64,000 nucleotides of DNA from an uncultured Chthonomonadaceae bacterium (GCA_963817895.1 CAWFQB010000011.1:288001-352000), one strand, 5' to 3'; numbered from the stretch's first letter, positions 1-9,905 are shown. Made by a program: numbers and translations. Notes: a model not told the origin generated them from the sequence alone.

Positions 1-330
1 CATCGCGACGCCCTGTTTGGCGTATTCTGCCGCAAGCGCGTTGACGCGGGGCATGTACACGTTACAGACCGGACACTGGCACGAGACGAACAGAAACACG
101 GTTGCCTTGTGATGGCTCAAGTCCGCGCCCGTATACGCTGTGCCGCTGATGTCGCTGAAGTTGAGAGCGTTGAGGACGCTGGCTTTGCCCGCAGGAGTGG
201 ACGCCTTGCCCGCGCGAACGCTCTTTTCGCCCGCTTCGACGCGGCTGCTCCACGTCACCGCGCCGACCAGAGCCAATGCGCCGAGTCCACAAAGAACGCG
301 ATTAGCGCGGTTTAGAATGTGTGTTTTCAT
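1..330 (-). CDS. Secreted redoxin/thioredoxin-like domain protein (runs off the window edge)
   Basis: Not in the ORF track. Manual translation from ATG at 330 gives MKTHILNRANRVLCGLGALALVGAVTW...KATVFLFVSCQCPVCNVYMPRVNALAAEYAKQGVAM: signal peptide plus CxxC in a redoxin-like context. GAGGA RBS upstream. Confidence 0.7.
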   Translation of the reverse strand, partial: MKTHILNRANRVLCGLGALALVGAVTWSSRVEAGEKSVRAGKASTPAGKASVLNALNFSDISGTAYTGADLSHHKATVFLFVSCQCPVCNVYMPRVNALAAEYAKQGVAM

Positions 331-501
331 GCAAATCCTCATGATGGATCAGAAGTTAAGCGCGCCGAAAAGTGCTATGATCCGCGCTCGACGGCCTGAG
401 AAAAGGAGACGCGCGGTTGTCGCGTTCCAGAGGTTGGAGTATATTCGTACTCCCTGATATATTATACGTTCCAAACCACTATCATTGACCGCATTTTCGC
501 G

Positions 502-1407
502 TTACGGTTTCAGAAATCTGGCAAAAAATTCTTCCGCCAACGCGCCGTAGGAGGTGGGATTAGCCGGATTGAGGAATCCATGCCCCTGTTTGTAGGCGGT
601 AAAAAGCGTGGCATTGACGCCCGCCGCATGAAGCGCGTTGTACAGGCGTTCCGACTGGTCGAGCGGCACGAGCGGGTCTGCGCTGCCGTGTATAATCAGG
701 AACGGCGACGACTGCTTATCCACATACGTAACAGGGGAACTGGATTTATAGAGTTCGGGCGCGTCTTCCGGTTTTTTGCCAAGAAAGTTCAGGACAATCA
801 TGGAGCCGACCGACATGGCTTTGGCCTGTTCCGGTGTCAGCGTGAAATCCGCCGGACCGTAAAAATCCACCACGCACTGAACCCGGCTGCTATAACTCGC
901 CAGTTCCGCGTCGTTGTTGTCGCGGGTGTCGCGAGTTCCAAGCAGGGCGACCAGATAGCCGCCCGCCGAATCGCCCAATCCGCCGATGCGCTGCGGGTCA
1001 ATGTTGTATTTATCGGCATGGGCGCGTATCCACCGTACCGCCCGCTGCGAATCGTCGAGTTGCGCGGGGTATTTGTTGGCGGTTGGCGTGAGCAGGCGGT
1101 AGTTGATGGAAAACGCGGAGTAGCCCTTTGCCGCCAGCGCTTTGCCCATCGGCGCGTAAAACTTTTTGTCGCCCGCCGACCACCCGCCGCCATGAATCAG
1201 CACAATCGCCGGATGTTTGCCCGCCGCCGCAGCCGGATAATAGGCGTCGAGCATCAGTTTCGCGTCGCCCGCCATGCCGTACACCACATCGTTTTCGGTT
1301 TTTACCTCTAGCGGCGTGACAGGAGCTTGTTGCGCTTGCCCGGGCGAGCCTGAAATGAAGGAAAATATCAGCAAAATAATGAAGATTGTGACTATTCGTT
1401 GTCTCAT
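502..1407 (-). CDS. Secreted alpha/beta hydrolase (HSL/BD-FAE-like esterase)
   Basis: Signal peptide, HGGGW oxyanion motif, GDSAGG nucleophile elbow, catalytic D (DPLVP) and H (GHGF). Confidence 0.9.
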   Translation of the reverse strand: MRQRIVTIFIILLIFSFISGSPGQAQQAPVTPLEVKTENDVVYGMAGDAKLMLDAYYPAAAAGKHPAIVLIHGGGWSAGDKKFYAPMGKALAAKGYSAFSINYRLLTPTANKYPAQLDDSQRAVRWIRAHADKYNIDPQRIGGLGDSAGGYLVALLGTRDTRDNNDAELASYSSRVQCVVDFYGPADFTLTPEQAKAMSVGSMIVLNFLGKKPEDAPELYKSSSPVTYVDKQSSPFLIIHGSADPLVPLDQSERLYNALHAAGVNATLFTAYKQGHGFLNPANPTSYGALAEEFFARFLKP

Positions 1408-1459
1408 GTAAATCCTCGCGTAAAGTTCGTGAGATGAAGAGCCGTGAGTTGAAACTCGC

Positions 1460-1554
1460 GGCTATGGTAACAAAGTCCGCCTGCGCGGACTGAAGGCGGC
1501 ACAAATCATCTTTATACGGTGCAGTCCGCGCAGGCGGACTTTGTTACCATAGCC
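1460..1554. repeat. REP/REPIN-like 33-bp perfect inverted repeat
   Basis: ggctatggtaacaaagtccgcctgcgcggactg (1460-1492) and its exact reverse complement (1522-1554); each arm contains its own small hairpin. Confidence 0.8.
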
Positions 1555-1635
1555 ACGCAATTTATTGCACGGAGTTTGCACAGACATAATCATTATCTGA
1601 TAGTATACCCTGCTTCGCGTTGTTGAAGAAATCTC

Positions 1636-2301
1636 ATGTCGCAACTTGATTCGGTTTCCTCTATGTCCGTAACTACAAACGAAACGCAGGGCAATGCTTC
1701 TGCCGTTGTACGCCCTAAACCATCCGTTATGGATATGGCGCGGGCGTTTCTGGTGATTGGGTGTCTCGCGTTTGGGGGGCAGGGCGGATTGCTCGCTCTG
1801 CTCAGTCGCGATCTGGTAGAGCGGCGGGGCTGGGTGAAGGAAACGGAGATTACGGAAGCGTTTACGTATGTGCAGTTGCTTCCCGGCGCGGTTGTCGTTC
1901 AGGTGGTGGCGTACTTGGGCTATCGGCTGCGGGGATGGCGCGGGGCGTTTGTGGCGACAGGTTGTTTTCTGCTGCCCTCGGTAACGGTGATGCTTCTGCT
2001 GGCGGCGGCGTATACTCGCGTGGCGGCTATCTCAGGTGTTCCTGCCGCGCTCAACGGCCTGACGGCTGCGGTTGTCGGCCTGATCGCGCTGGCCGCGTAC
2101 AAGCAGGCGCGAAAAACCATCAAGGGCGCGCTCGGCATTGCGATTGCAATCGTGGTTTGCGCGTTATCCGTTGGCTGGCGCGTCAACCCTGCTGTACTTG
2201 TCGTTAGCGCGGGACTGCTCGGCATCGTTCGCGAAGCCCTTCCAAAAAATGACAGGACAGACGCAAGCGCGAACTCGGACACAGGAAAGGCGACTGTATG
2301 A
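1636..2301 (+). CDS. chrA: Chromate transporter (short-chain CHR, N-half)
   Basis: AFGG motif, Q-LLPG motif and GYRLRGWRGA motif; multiple TM helices. Confidence 0.88.
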   Translation: MSQLDSVSSMSVTTNETQGNASAVVRPKPSVMDMARAFLVIGCLAFGGQGGLLALLSRDLVERRGWVKETEITEAFTYVQLLPGAVVVQVVAYLGYRLRGWRGAFVATGCFLLPSVTVMLLLAAAYTRVAAISGVPAALNGLTAAVVGLIALAAYKQARKTIKGALGIAIAIVVCALSVGWRVNPAVLVVSAGLLGIVREALPKNDRTDASANSDTGKATV

Positions 2302-2876
2302 ATCCTGCTGCCAATTTCGTCGTAGGGTTGTATTTCCTGCCCGAACTGCAATTGCTGTGGGCGATATTCTTGCAGTTCGCGGTTATCAGCCTGCTGGCGT
2401 TTGGGGGCGGACAGGCGGTTTTGCCCCTCATCGAGCGAACAAGCGTCAATGAGCGGAACTGGCTGAGTACGCCCGCGTTTACCGCCGCAGTGGGCTTCGG
2501 CTACCTGATTCCCGGCCCGGTCACGACGATGGCGGCGTTTGTGGGGTATATGGCCGGGGGATTGGCGGGCGGAATCGCGGCCACGCTGGGGATGTTCCTC
2601 GCGCCCACGATTTTAGCGGGACTGGCCGCAGCGGGAGTGGAGAAACTGGCGAGGAGTCGGTGGATACGCGCGTTCGGGGCGGGCGCGGCTCCCGCCGTTG
2701 TGGGCTTGCTTGGCGGCACAGTGTGGAGTATCGGGCGTCACGCAGTAACTTCATGGCCGCTCGGAGGTGTAGCGGTTTTGTCTCTGCTGCTGGCAATAAA
2801 AACCAAAATCGCGCCGGTTTGGCTGCTGCTCGGCGGCGCAATTTTGGGATGGGCGGCGATGTACTTGCTTCGGTGA
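2298..2876 (+). CDS. chrA: Chromate transporter (short-chain CHR, C-half)
   Basis: AFGGG, IPGP and FVGY motifs; ATGA overlap with the upstream paralogue. Confidence 0.88.
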   Translation: MNPAANFVVGLYFLPELQLLWAIFLQFAVISLLAFGGGQAVLPLIERTSVNERNWLSTPAFTAAVGFGYLIPGPVTTMAAFVGYMAGGLAGGIAATLGMFLAPTILAGLAAAGVEKLARSRWIRAFGAGAAPAVVGLLGGTVWSIGRHAVTSWPLGGVAVLSLLLAIKTKIAPVWLLLGGAILGWAAMYLLR

Positions 2877-2880
2877 CTGG

Positions 2881-2929
2881 CCCTCAACCCCTAACCCCTT
2901 CTCCCAAAAAAAGCTTGGGAGAAGGGGAA
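2881..2929. repeat. REP-like hairpin (CCCCTTCTCCC...GGGAGAAGGGG)
   Basis: ccccttctcccaa-aaaaagc-ttgggagaagggg preceded by a C-rich leader, between convergent genes; a related element lies at 11353-11400. Confidence 0.6.
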
Positions 2930-2949
2930 CCAGTAAGTTCAAAAGGCAT

Positions 2950-3480
2950 TTATCTAGCCAGAGCGATGCCGATGTTTTGCGGCGGCACGGTTCGCGCCTG
3001 AATGGACTGCTGCAAGTTTGGCTTGTAATCGTCCGGCGCGGCTGCCATCGCTTTCTTCAGGGCGCTCAATGACGCGCTACCGGGGATACGTTCCAGCGCC
3101 ATACGCGCGTCTTCCCGAACGTCCTTGTCCGACAGCAGTTTGGTCAATGTCGGCACGGCATGGGCATCCCCGACAACGCCCACCAGCGTCAATGCTTCCG
3201 CCCGTACCATGCGCGGACGGGGTGAATCCGCCAGTTTCAGCAATGCCGTTGTGACGGCCTGTGCCTCTTTTGCCGCGCCGGGACGAGCGGCATAGTGCGC
3301 GACGTTTTGCAGCGCGCCCGTCGCGCACTTGGCAATGCTCTTGTCGGGCGACGCCATCAGGTCGCCTAATCCGATAACCGCGTTCACGCCTGCCGGCCCC
3401 GCGCTTTTCCACGCATTAAGGCGCACATTCGCATCCGGCGATTGCAGTTGGTCAAGAATGTCTTTGGAATCTAGGTGCAT
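2950..3480 (-). CDS. HEAT-repeat protein
   Basis: Repeated helical motifs (LQSPDANVR, VRAEALTLVG, LLSDKDVREDARMALERI). Confidence 0.8.
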   Translation of the reverse strand: MHLDSKDILDQLQSPDANVRLNAWKSAGPAGVNAVIGLGDLMASPDKSIAKCATGALQNVAHYAARPGAAKEAQAVTTALLKLADSPRPRMVRAEALTLVGVVGDAHAVPTLTKLLSDKDVREDARMALERIPGSASLSALKKAMAAAPDDYKPNLQQSIQARTVPPQNIGIALAR

Positions 3481-3493
3481 GAAAATCTCCAAA

Positions 3494-3605
3494 AGTAGAC
3501 AGTAGACAGTAGGCAGTAGAAATCCCCTCTACTGAAAGCCTCGCGCAATCCTGGAAACAGTAAGCCCTGTGTCTACTGCCTACTGTCTACTGTCTACTGT
3601 CTACT
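3494..3605. repeat. Inverted pair of heptamer tandem repeats (AGTAGAC)4 / (GTCTACT)5
   Basis: Arms at 3494-3521 and 3571-3605; they fill the intergenic gap between a stop codon and the next RBS. Confidence 0.9.
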
Positions 3606-3607
3606 TC

Positions 3608-4987
3608 CTAAAGATGAAAGGGCGCGCGGTAGGGCTGCGCGAGATAGCGGTTGGCCTCCTCGTCGCCGACGAAGCGGAAGTTGACCGGGTCCCAGTTCAA
3701 TTTGCGGCCCAACACGTAGGAGATGTTGGCGATGATGGGCAGGACGATGACATGCCGGCCTACGGTGGGATTCATCACGGTCTCTTCCCGCGTTTTGATG
3801 CACTTGCGCCAGTTCTGACGATGCCGCTCAGTGGGGTCGGCTTCGGCGGGGTCTATAAACAGGTGAACGCCATCGGAACCGGGCATGTACTTTTTGGCCT
3901 TGTTCTCCGTGTTGCAGCCGCCGTCGCCGCCCTCGACAATCAGGGTATCGCGGTCGCCATAGTATTTCGCGCCCCATTCGATTTTGTCGTCAAGGCCGGG
4001 AAACGCTTCGGGTTCGCCGGGCTGGCCCCACGTCAGCGTCCAGTCGGGATTCTTAAATTCCCACTTTACGTTTAACTGCGGCGGCGCGTCGTACACGCTG
4101 TCTACAGAAGGGGTTCCGGTCGCTTCCACGCTGACCGGGCCGGTCTGATCCATGTTCATACACCAGCTTACAATGCTCATGGCGTGGTTGCCCCGGTCGC
4201 GAATAAAGCCCGCGCCAAAGTCCATCATCCAGCGAAAATGAAAATCCACATACGCCGGGTTGTAAGGACGCCAGCGCGCGGGGCCGAGCCACATATTCCA
4301 ATCAAGATCGGCGGGGGGAGCCATCTCCTGCCCCCATCCGCCGTTCATGTCGCTGCGCATGTTGACGGGATGCCAGATGTTGACGTGGTTGACTTTGCCG
4401 ATCTGACCGTTGCGGATATATTGCGCCGCGTACCAGGCGTTGCGGTTGGAACGCCCCTGCGCCCCGAACTGCACCACGCGCTTGTACTCTTTGGATGCGT
4501 GCAGCATCGCGTGGGCCTCCTGCATGGTTTTACAAACGGGCTTTTCCGAGTACACGTCCTTGCCCGCCTGACATGCGTGGACGGTCATAATGGCGTGCCA
4601 GTGGTCGGGCGTCCCGATAGTCACGGCGTCCACGTCCTTGCTGTCCAGCACTTCCCGGTAGTCCTGCGTTACTTTGGGCTTGCTGCTGCATTTGGCGGCG
4701 ATGCCCTGCGCGCGGGTTCGGTTCACGTCGCAGATAAACGCGGCGGAATCTGCCACGACGTGCGACTGTCCCATGCCGCCCACACCAATGTGTCCGTAAA
4801 TGATGCGGTCATTCGCGCCGGGGCGACCGGGACTAGCCAACACGCCGCGCGGGATAATCGTCGGCATCCCCAGTATGGCGGCGGAAACGGCAGTCTTCTT
4901 CACAAAATCGCGCCGCGAAAGGTCGGCTGCGGGCATGGTATCCGTCGGCTGCGCGTCCGGCCCGTTAATACTATCCATTTTATCCAA
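3608..4987 (-). CDS. Tat-exported Gfo/Idh/MocA oxidoreductase
   Basis: SRRDFVK Tat motif, IGVGGMG Rossmann motif, TPDHWH and EKP motifs. Confidence 0.92.
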   Translation of the reverse strand: MDKMDSINGPDAQPTDTMPAADLSRRDFVKKTAVSAAILGMPTIIPRGVLASPGRPGANDRIIYGHIGVGGMGQSHVVADSAAFICDVNRTRAQGIAAKCSSKPKVTQDYREVLDSKDVDAVTIGTPDHWHAIMTVHACQAGKDVYSEKPVCKTMQEAHAMLHASKEYKRVVQFGAQGRSNRNAWYAAQYIRNGQIGKVNHVNIWHPVNMRSDMNGGWGQEMAPPADLDWNMWLGPARWRPYNPAYVDFHFRWMMDFGAGFIRDRGNHAMSIVSWCMNMDQTGPVSVEATGTPSVDSVYDAPPQLNVKWEFKNPDWTLTWGQPGEPEAFPGLDDKIEWGAKYYGDRDTLIVEGGDGGCNTENKAKKYMPGSDGVHLFIDPAEADPTERHRQNWRKCIKTREETVMNPTVGRHVIVLPIIANISYVLGRKLNWDPVNFRFVGDEEANRYLAQPYRAPFHL

Positions 4988-5012
4988 CGCTGGACTCCTT
5001 CCTATTCAGTTC

Positions 5013-5447
5013 CTATTCAATCGTAACCGTATTCATGCGGTCGTCTTTGCGCAGGTTCTGCACGTTTTCCAGACCCTCGGTCACTTTGCCGAACACGGCG
5101 TAGCCACCATCCAGAAACGGCGTGGCTTTGAGGGTGATATAAAATTGACAGGAGGCGCTGTCGGGATCGGATGAGCGGGCCATCGCCACCGCGCCCGCTT
5201 CATCATGTTTGAGTTTGGGCGTGACTTCAAGCGGAATAGTGCGCTTGGAACTGCCCGTTCCCGTTCCGGTTGGGTCGCCGCCCTGAATCACGAAGCCGGG
5301 TTCGTAACGGTGGAAGATGAGGCCGTTGTAAAAGCCCGATTGCGCCAGATCAATGAAATTCTGCGTGGTAATCGGAGCGAGGTCTTCAAACAGTTCAAAG
5401 CGTATCACGCCTTTGGTAGTATCCAGTACAGCCGTTCGGTTTGCCAA
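5013..5447 (-). CDS. Cyclophilin-type peptidyl-prolyl isomerase
   Basis: [20 protein letters not shown] and LDGGYAVFG motifs. Confidence 0.95.
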   Translation of the reverse strand: MANRTAVLDTTKGVIRFELFEDLAPITTQNFIDLAQSGFYNGLIFHRYEPGFVIQGGDPTGTGTGSSKRTIPLEVTPKLKHDEAGAVAMARSSDPDSASCQFYITLKATPFLDGGYAVFGKVTEGLENVQNLRKDDRMNTVTIE

Positions 5448-5471
5448 GTGAGAAAGTCCTTTCTTTACTGC

Positions 5472-5533
5472 GGTATTCAGGTATTCAGGTGTTCAGGTAT
5501 AGACTCGTATCTCGTATCTCGTATCTTGTATCT
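5472..5533. repeat. Stacked short tandem repeats (GGTATTCA)n + (CTCGTAT)n
   Basis: Seen directly in the divergent intergenic region; the CTCGTAT unit recurs at 24601. Confidence 0.8.
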
Positions 5534-5683
5534 GCTTACCCCTGATTCCTTTCTCCCTTATCCCTTACAAATTTCTTGCGTCATTGTAGCATAAAAATAC
5601 GCTGCCAACAGGAAGAAACGCGCGGAATGGCGAAATGTGAGAACGAGTTATTACAAACGATTACGGAGCAGGGGGAATAACGG

Positions 5684-6697
5684 GTGACAAATATTATCGC
5701 CACAGCGCCGGGACGATGCGGGCTGATCGGCAATCCTTCAGATATGTACGGGGGCTGCGTGATCTCCTGTACCACGCAGGAGCGGGCGGAGTGCCGTCTG
5801 GAACAGTCTACTGACGCGCTCTTGCTGACCAACGAGGACGAGCGGCAAATCCTGAAAACGCGGGACAGCCTGCAATTTCAGGGTGACAAACTCGATATTG
5901 CCCGTGCCGCCCTGACCTATTTCAACATCAATCCGGCGCAAGACAAGTTTGCGCTGCATTTGAAAACGGCAATTCCGATGCGGGCGGGACTGGCCGGTTC
6001 CACAGCGTTACTGGCGGCGATTGTGGGCGCGTTAGATGCGTATTTAGAATTGAACCTGAATCGTTATGCTCTTGCGGAAACCACGCGCAAGATTGAAGCG
6101 CGGGTTATGGGCATCGTGTGCGGCCTGCAAGATCAGCACATGGCGGTATTCGGTGGTCTGAACTTTATGGATTATGCTGGAAAGCAGGCTTTGGAGCAGA
6201 AGGACGATGAGCCGCTTGCCACAATAGAGCCGTTGTCTTTGTGGATGGGCGATGCGCTGAATTCGCCGCCTCTGCTCCTGGCGCACACGGGTATCCAGCA
6301 CCATTCGGGTACGGTACATAAATCGCCCCGTGAACGCTGGCTTGCGGGTGAAACCGTTGTTCGGGACAGCTACACGCAGATCGCGCGTCTGGCGCGGCAG
6401 GGCAAACGCGCCCTCGTAGAACAGCGCTGGCAGGATATGGGCGCGTTGATGAATGAAAACCATGCGATTGTGGCCGCGCTCGGCGGTTCCGGGCCTGCCA
6501 ACGAAACCCTGATTGCCGCCGCGCTACAGGCGGGGGCGTATGGCGCGAAACTGGCGGGCGCAGGCGGCGGCGGAACCATTCTCGTCCTGACCCATGCCCC
6601 GCATACTGTTGGCGAAGCCTTGATGGCAGCCGGCGCGGAGCGTTTGTTAATACCGAAACCCCAGATGGGATTGGTAGTGACGGTTGACCATGTTTAG
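5684..6697 (+). CDS. GHMP kinase, glucuronokinase-like
   Basis: GLIGNPSDMYGG, IPMRAGLAGSTA, GIVCGLQDQ and GAKLAGAGGGG motifs. Confidence 0.8.
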   Translation: MTNIIATAPGRCGLIGNPSDMYGGCVISCTTQERAECRLEQSTDALLLTNEDERQILKTRDSLQFQGDKLDIARAALTYFNINPAQDKFALHLKTAIPMRAGLAGSTALLAAIVGALDAYLELNLNRYALAETTRKIEARVMGIVCGLQDQHMAVFGGLNFMDYAGKQALEQKDDEPLATIEPLSLWMGDALNSPPLLLAHTGIQHHSGTVHKSPRERWLAGETVVRDSYTQIARLARQGKRALVEQRWQDMGALMNENHAIVAALGGSGPANETLIAAALQAGAYGAKLAGAGGGGTILVLTHAPHTVGEALMAAGAERLLIPKPQMGLVVTVDHV

Positions 6698-6728
6698 AAT
6701 GGTTGACCATGGTTGGAAAGGCAAATAC

Positions 6729-7292
6729 ATGATGTACTGTGTGAAACTGGTTCCTTGTATGCTTTTAGCAGGCTCTCTGCTCATGAGCGGCAGCCACTCC
6801 CTGGCGCAGCACCGCCATTCGGCCTCATCGCGTTCTGAATTGAGCTCGCTCGATAAAGATTATCTCAAGGATACAGCGCAAAGCAACCTTGAAGAGATTC
6901 AGTTTGCGCCCACTGTGCAGCAGATAGGTAACAGCGCGGACAGACAGTTCGCGCAACACATGAAGACCGATCATGCCAGAGCCAATGCGCAACTGAAAGC
7001 CCTTGCCGCGCGTGTAGGCTATGCGCTTCCAAAGGACGCAAGCGAGGAACAACACGCGATTATGGAGCGACTGGGCAAAATGCAGGGGGCAAAATTCTAC
7101 GCCGCCTACAAGCAAGAAATGATTCGCGACCATACCTCAGATATTGCTGAAACACAACGGGAGATTAGCCTGGGCCGCAATCCGTTAGTCAAAGCCAGCG
7201 CCGAAAAGAACCTTCTTTTGTTACAGATGCACCTGAAAATGTCCAAATCGTTGCCGGAAGGGAATTCGCAGGGCGGTAATCACCACATGTAG
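6729..7292 (+). CDS. DUF4142 domain secreted protein
   Basis: Signal peptide; D..YL...AQSNLEEI, FAQHMKTDH and MIRDH motifs. Confidence 0.85.
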   Translation: MMYCVKLVPCMLLAGSLLMSGSHSLAQHRHSASSRSELSSLDKDYLKDTAQSNLEEIQFAPTVQQIGNSADRQFAQHMKTDHARANAQLKALAARVGYALPKDASEEQHAIMERLGKMQGAKFYAAYKQEMIRDHTSDIAETQREISLGRNPLVKASAEKNLLLLQMHLKMSKSLPEGNSQGGNHHM

Positions 7293-7397
7293 ACAGAGGA
7301 ATGAAGGTTCATAAAAGCAATACCGGTTTGCTCCGAGTTTGATCTACGCTTCTTGACCGCGAACATATTACAACGCTTCAATATTCTCGGAGGACGT

Positions 7398-8333
7398 ATG
7401 CGAATCACCAGTCGCGCGCCGGTTCGCATTGATTTTGCGGGCGGGTGGACGGATGTAGGCATTTTTGCGCAGGGCGCAGGCGGCGCGGTTGTCAATGCCG
7501 CCATCAACCACTATGTAACCGGAACGCTGGAAGCCCGCAGCGCGGACGAACCCCTTGCTATGTCGCTGCCGTCCGCGCCGGGAATGGCGGAACCGGGCGG
7601 GGAGGGGTTGCGCGTGGCCTATCAATCCGACCTGCCTTCAGGTTCGGGACTTGGCACGTCGTCCGCGCTGAATGTTATCTGGCTCAGTTTGATACGTTCG
7701 CAGATTGACAGCGATGAAGACCGCGCCCACCTTGCCGAACTGGCGTATCAACTGGAATCCATGCTCGGCATTTTGGGCGGCAAGCAGGACCAGTACGCGG
7801 CGGCGTTTGGCGGCTTTAATTCCATGACGTTCGGGGAAACGGTTCATGTGGAGCGACTGGCGATTGCGCCGGAAACGGTAGAAGAACTGGAACGCCGTCT
7901 TGTCTTGTGCTATACGGGCAAGCAGCGTTTGTCCGGCAGCATCCACGAAAACGTGTGGGGCGCGTTTCGCCGGGGCGTTCCTGCCACCGTAAACGCTTTA
8001 TACGCCCTGCGCGAGTGCGCGCATCGGGCCAGAACCGCCCTGCTGAACGGGAATGTAGAGGAACTGACGCAGATAATGAGCGACAACTGGCGGCATCAAT
8101 GCGAACTGGATGCTTCCGTCACAAATCCGCAAATCAGCGGTCTTTTTGAAACAGCGCTGGAAGCGGGGGCGATGGGCGGCAAAGCCTGCGGCGCGGGCGG
8201 GGGCGGCTGCCTGCTGTTTTGCGCCCAATCAGGGAGGCAATCCGCCATCAGTGACGCGCTTGCCGCCGCCGGAGCGCACATCATCCCCTTCCAGTTCGAC
8301 CACACCGGCCTGCAAGTCACGCGGGAAGCGTAA
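7398..8333 (+). CDS. GHMP kinase, HddA/fucokinase-like
   Basis: RAPVRIDFAGGWTD, PSGSGLGTSS, GGKQDQY and GGKACGAGGGG motifs; GGAGG RBS before ATG 7398. Confidence 0.85.
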   Translation: MRITSRAPVRIDFAGGWTDVGIFAQGAGGAVVNAAINHYVTGTLEARSADEPLAMSLPSAPGMAEPGGEGLRVAYQSDLPSGSGLGTSSALNVIWLSLIRSQIDSDEDRAHLAELAYQLESMLGILGGKQDQYAAAFGGFNSMTFGETVHVERLAIAPETVEELERRLVLCYTGKQRLSGSIHENVWGAFRRGVPATVNALYALRECAHRARTALLNGNVEELTQIMSDNWRHQCELDASVTNPQISGLFETALEAGAMGGKACGAGGGGCLLFCAQSGRQSAISDALAAAGAHIIPFQFDHTGLQVTREA

Positions 8334-8341
8334 GAGGAACC

Positions 8342-9850
8342 ATGCAAGTGAACTTACCACAAAACAGAGAAAAGGAGAAAAGGAGAAAAGGAGAAGAGGA
8401 GAGCGAGGTACCGCGAAATAGGCTAAACACACGAAAAGAAACTAAAATACAGTTCGTAGAGCGTTTAAGTTCATTTGCCTGCTCTAATTGTCTTTTGTCT
8501 TTTTTTCGTTTTTTTCGTGTCTTTCGCGGTTTGTTAATTCTCCTTTTCTCCTTTTCTCCTTTTCTCCTCTTCTGTTCGCCGGTACAGGCGGAACTGCGCG
8601 GCGGGGCGGCGAAGGTGGACATAACGCCGGATGTGAAGGCGAACGCGATTCCGCTTGGCGGGTACGCGGCGCGAAAAGCGGCGCGGGCGACGGGCGTACA
8701 CGATCCCGTGTATGCGCGGGCGTTGGCGCTTTCGGACGGCAAGACCACAGCCGTTGTCGTGTCGCTGGATTTGTGCTTTGCGCCCGCGAGTATCAAGGCG
8801 GAAGTGATGAAACGCCTGAAGGCGAATGGCAATGCCACTGTGGACGCCGCGCATCTGTTTCTGGCAGCCACGCACACCCATACGGCCCCCGACCCGCTTG
8901 CCATGCACACGGGCAACACGTTTACCCATCTGAACGGCTGGACGGTTTTCGACCAGAAATTGCTGGACTTTACCGCAGAGAAAATCGCGCAGGCGGTCAT
9001 TCAGGCCGGCAAGGACATGGTTCCGGTTCGTATTGGGGTTGCGACGCAGAACGCGACGGGAGCCAACCGCAACCGGCGCAATGACCCGACCGTTGACCCG
9101 GCCTTTACAACCCTGAAGGTAGCGCGAATTTCGGACGGCAAAACACTGGCGGCAGTCGTCAATTTTGCCGCGCATCCGACTTTGTACGACGATAAGATGA
9201 TGGAGATTTCCGCCGACTGGCCGGGCGTAATGACGGGTGATGTGGAAACAGCGGGAGAAAAGGGCGAAGCGGGGGGCGCGAAAGTGTGCCTGTTCCTCAA
9301 CGGCGCGGAGGGGGACGCTTCCCCGAACGGCGTAGATGATGTGCAGCCTGACGCCAAAGTATCCACGTATGGACACCGCATGGGCAAACGCGCGTTGGAA
9401 GCGTTGGCGGCAGCCGCCGCGCCAACAGATGCGCCGCTTGCAATGTGGACTCAGGCCGTTACCCTGCCGCCGCGCAAGCCCAACGCGCTGTTTTTTCTCG
9501 CCGCCGCGCAGATGGGCGCGACCATGCCACAGGCCAGAGACCTTGTCAACGCGCTCATGCCGACCACTACGGAGATTAATTTTATTCGTATCGGCGACCT
9601 GCTGCTGATGGGGTTTCCGTGCGAACCGACGGGCGACATTGGAATGGCCGCGAAAGCGCTTGCCCGTCAATCCGGTTACAAGGTTCCCGCCGTTGTCGCG
9701 CTCGTCAATGACTGGCTCGCGTATTGCCTGACGCCGCCGCAATACAAAGCCGGAAAGTACGAGGCTGTCATGTCGTTTTATGGCGATCAGTTCGGGCCGA
9801 CACTGTTGGAGGGGGTCAAAACCGGGCTGCTCATGCAGAGCAAGTTGTGA
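8342..9850 (+). CDS. Neutral/alkaline ceramidase N-terminal domain family protein
   Basis: GAAKVDITP, GVHDPVYARAL, ATHTHTAP, NFAAHPT and FLNGAEGD motifs; the N-terminus contains repeat-derived sequence. Confidence 0.85.
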   Translation: MQVNLPQNREKEKRRKGEEESEVPRNRLNTRKETKIQFVERLSSFACSNCLLSFFRFFRVFRGLLILLFSFSPFLLFCSPVQAELRGGAAKVDITPDVKANAIPLGGYAARKAARATGVHDPVYARALALSDGKTTAVVVSLDLCFAPASIKAEVMKRLKANGNATVDAAHLFLAATHTHTAPDPLAMHTGNTFTHLNGWTVFDQKLLDFTAEKIAQAVIQAGKDMVPVRIGVATQNATGANRNRRNDPTVDPAFTTLKVARISDGKTLAAVVNFAAHPTLYDDKMMEISADWPGVMTGDVETAGEKGEAGGAKVCLFLNGAEGDASPNGVDDVQPDAKVSTYGHRMGKRALEALAAAAAPTDAPLAMWTQAVTLPPRKPNALFFLAAAQMGATMPQARDLVNALMPTTTEINFIRIGDLLLMGFPCEPTGDIGMAAKALARQSGYKVPAVVALVNDWLAYCLTPPQYKAGKYEAVMSFYGDQFGPTLLEGVKTGLLMQSKL

Positions 9851-9905
9851 AATAGGGTTGCCGGTAATTTTCAATCCCCGACAACCCCGCGCTACAAAGG
9901 CCTTA

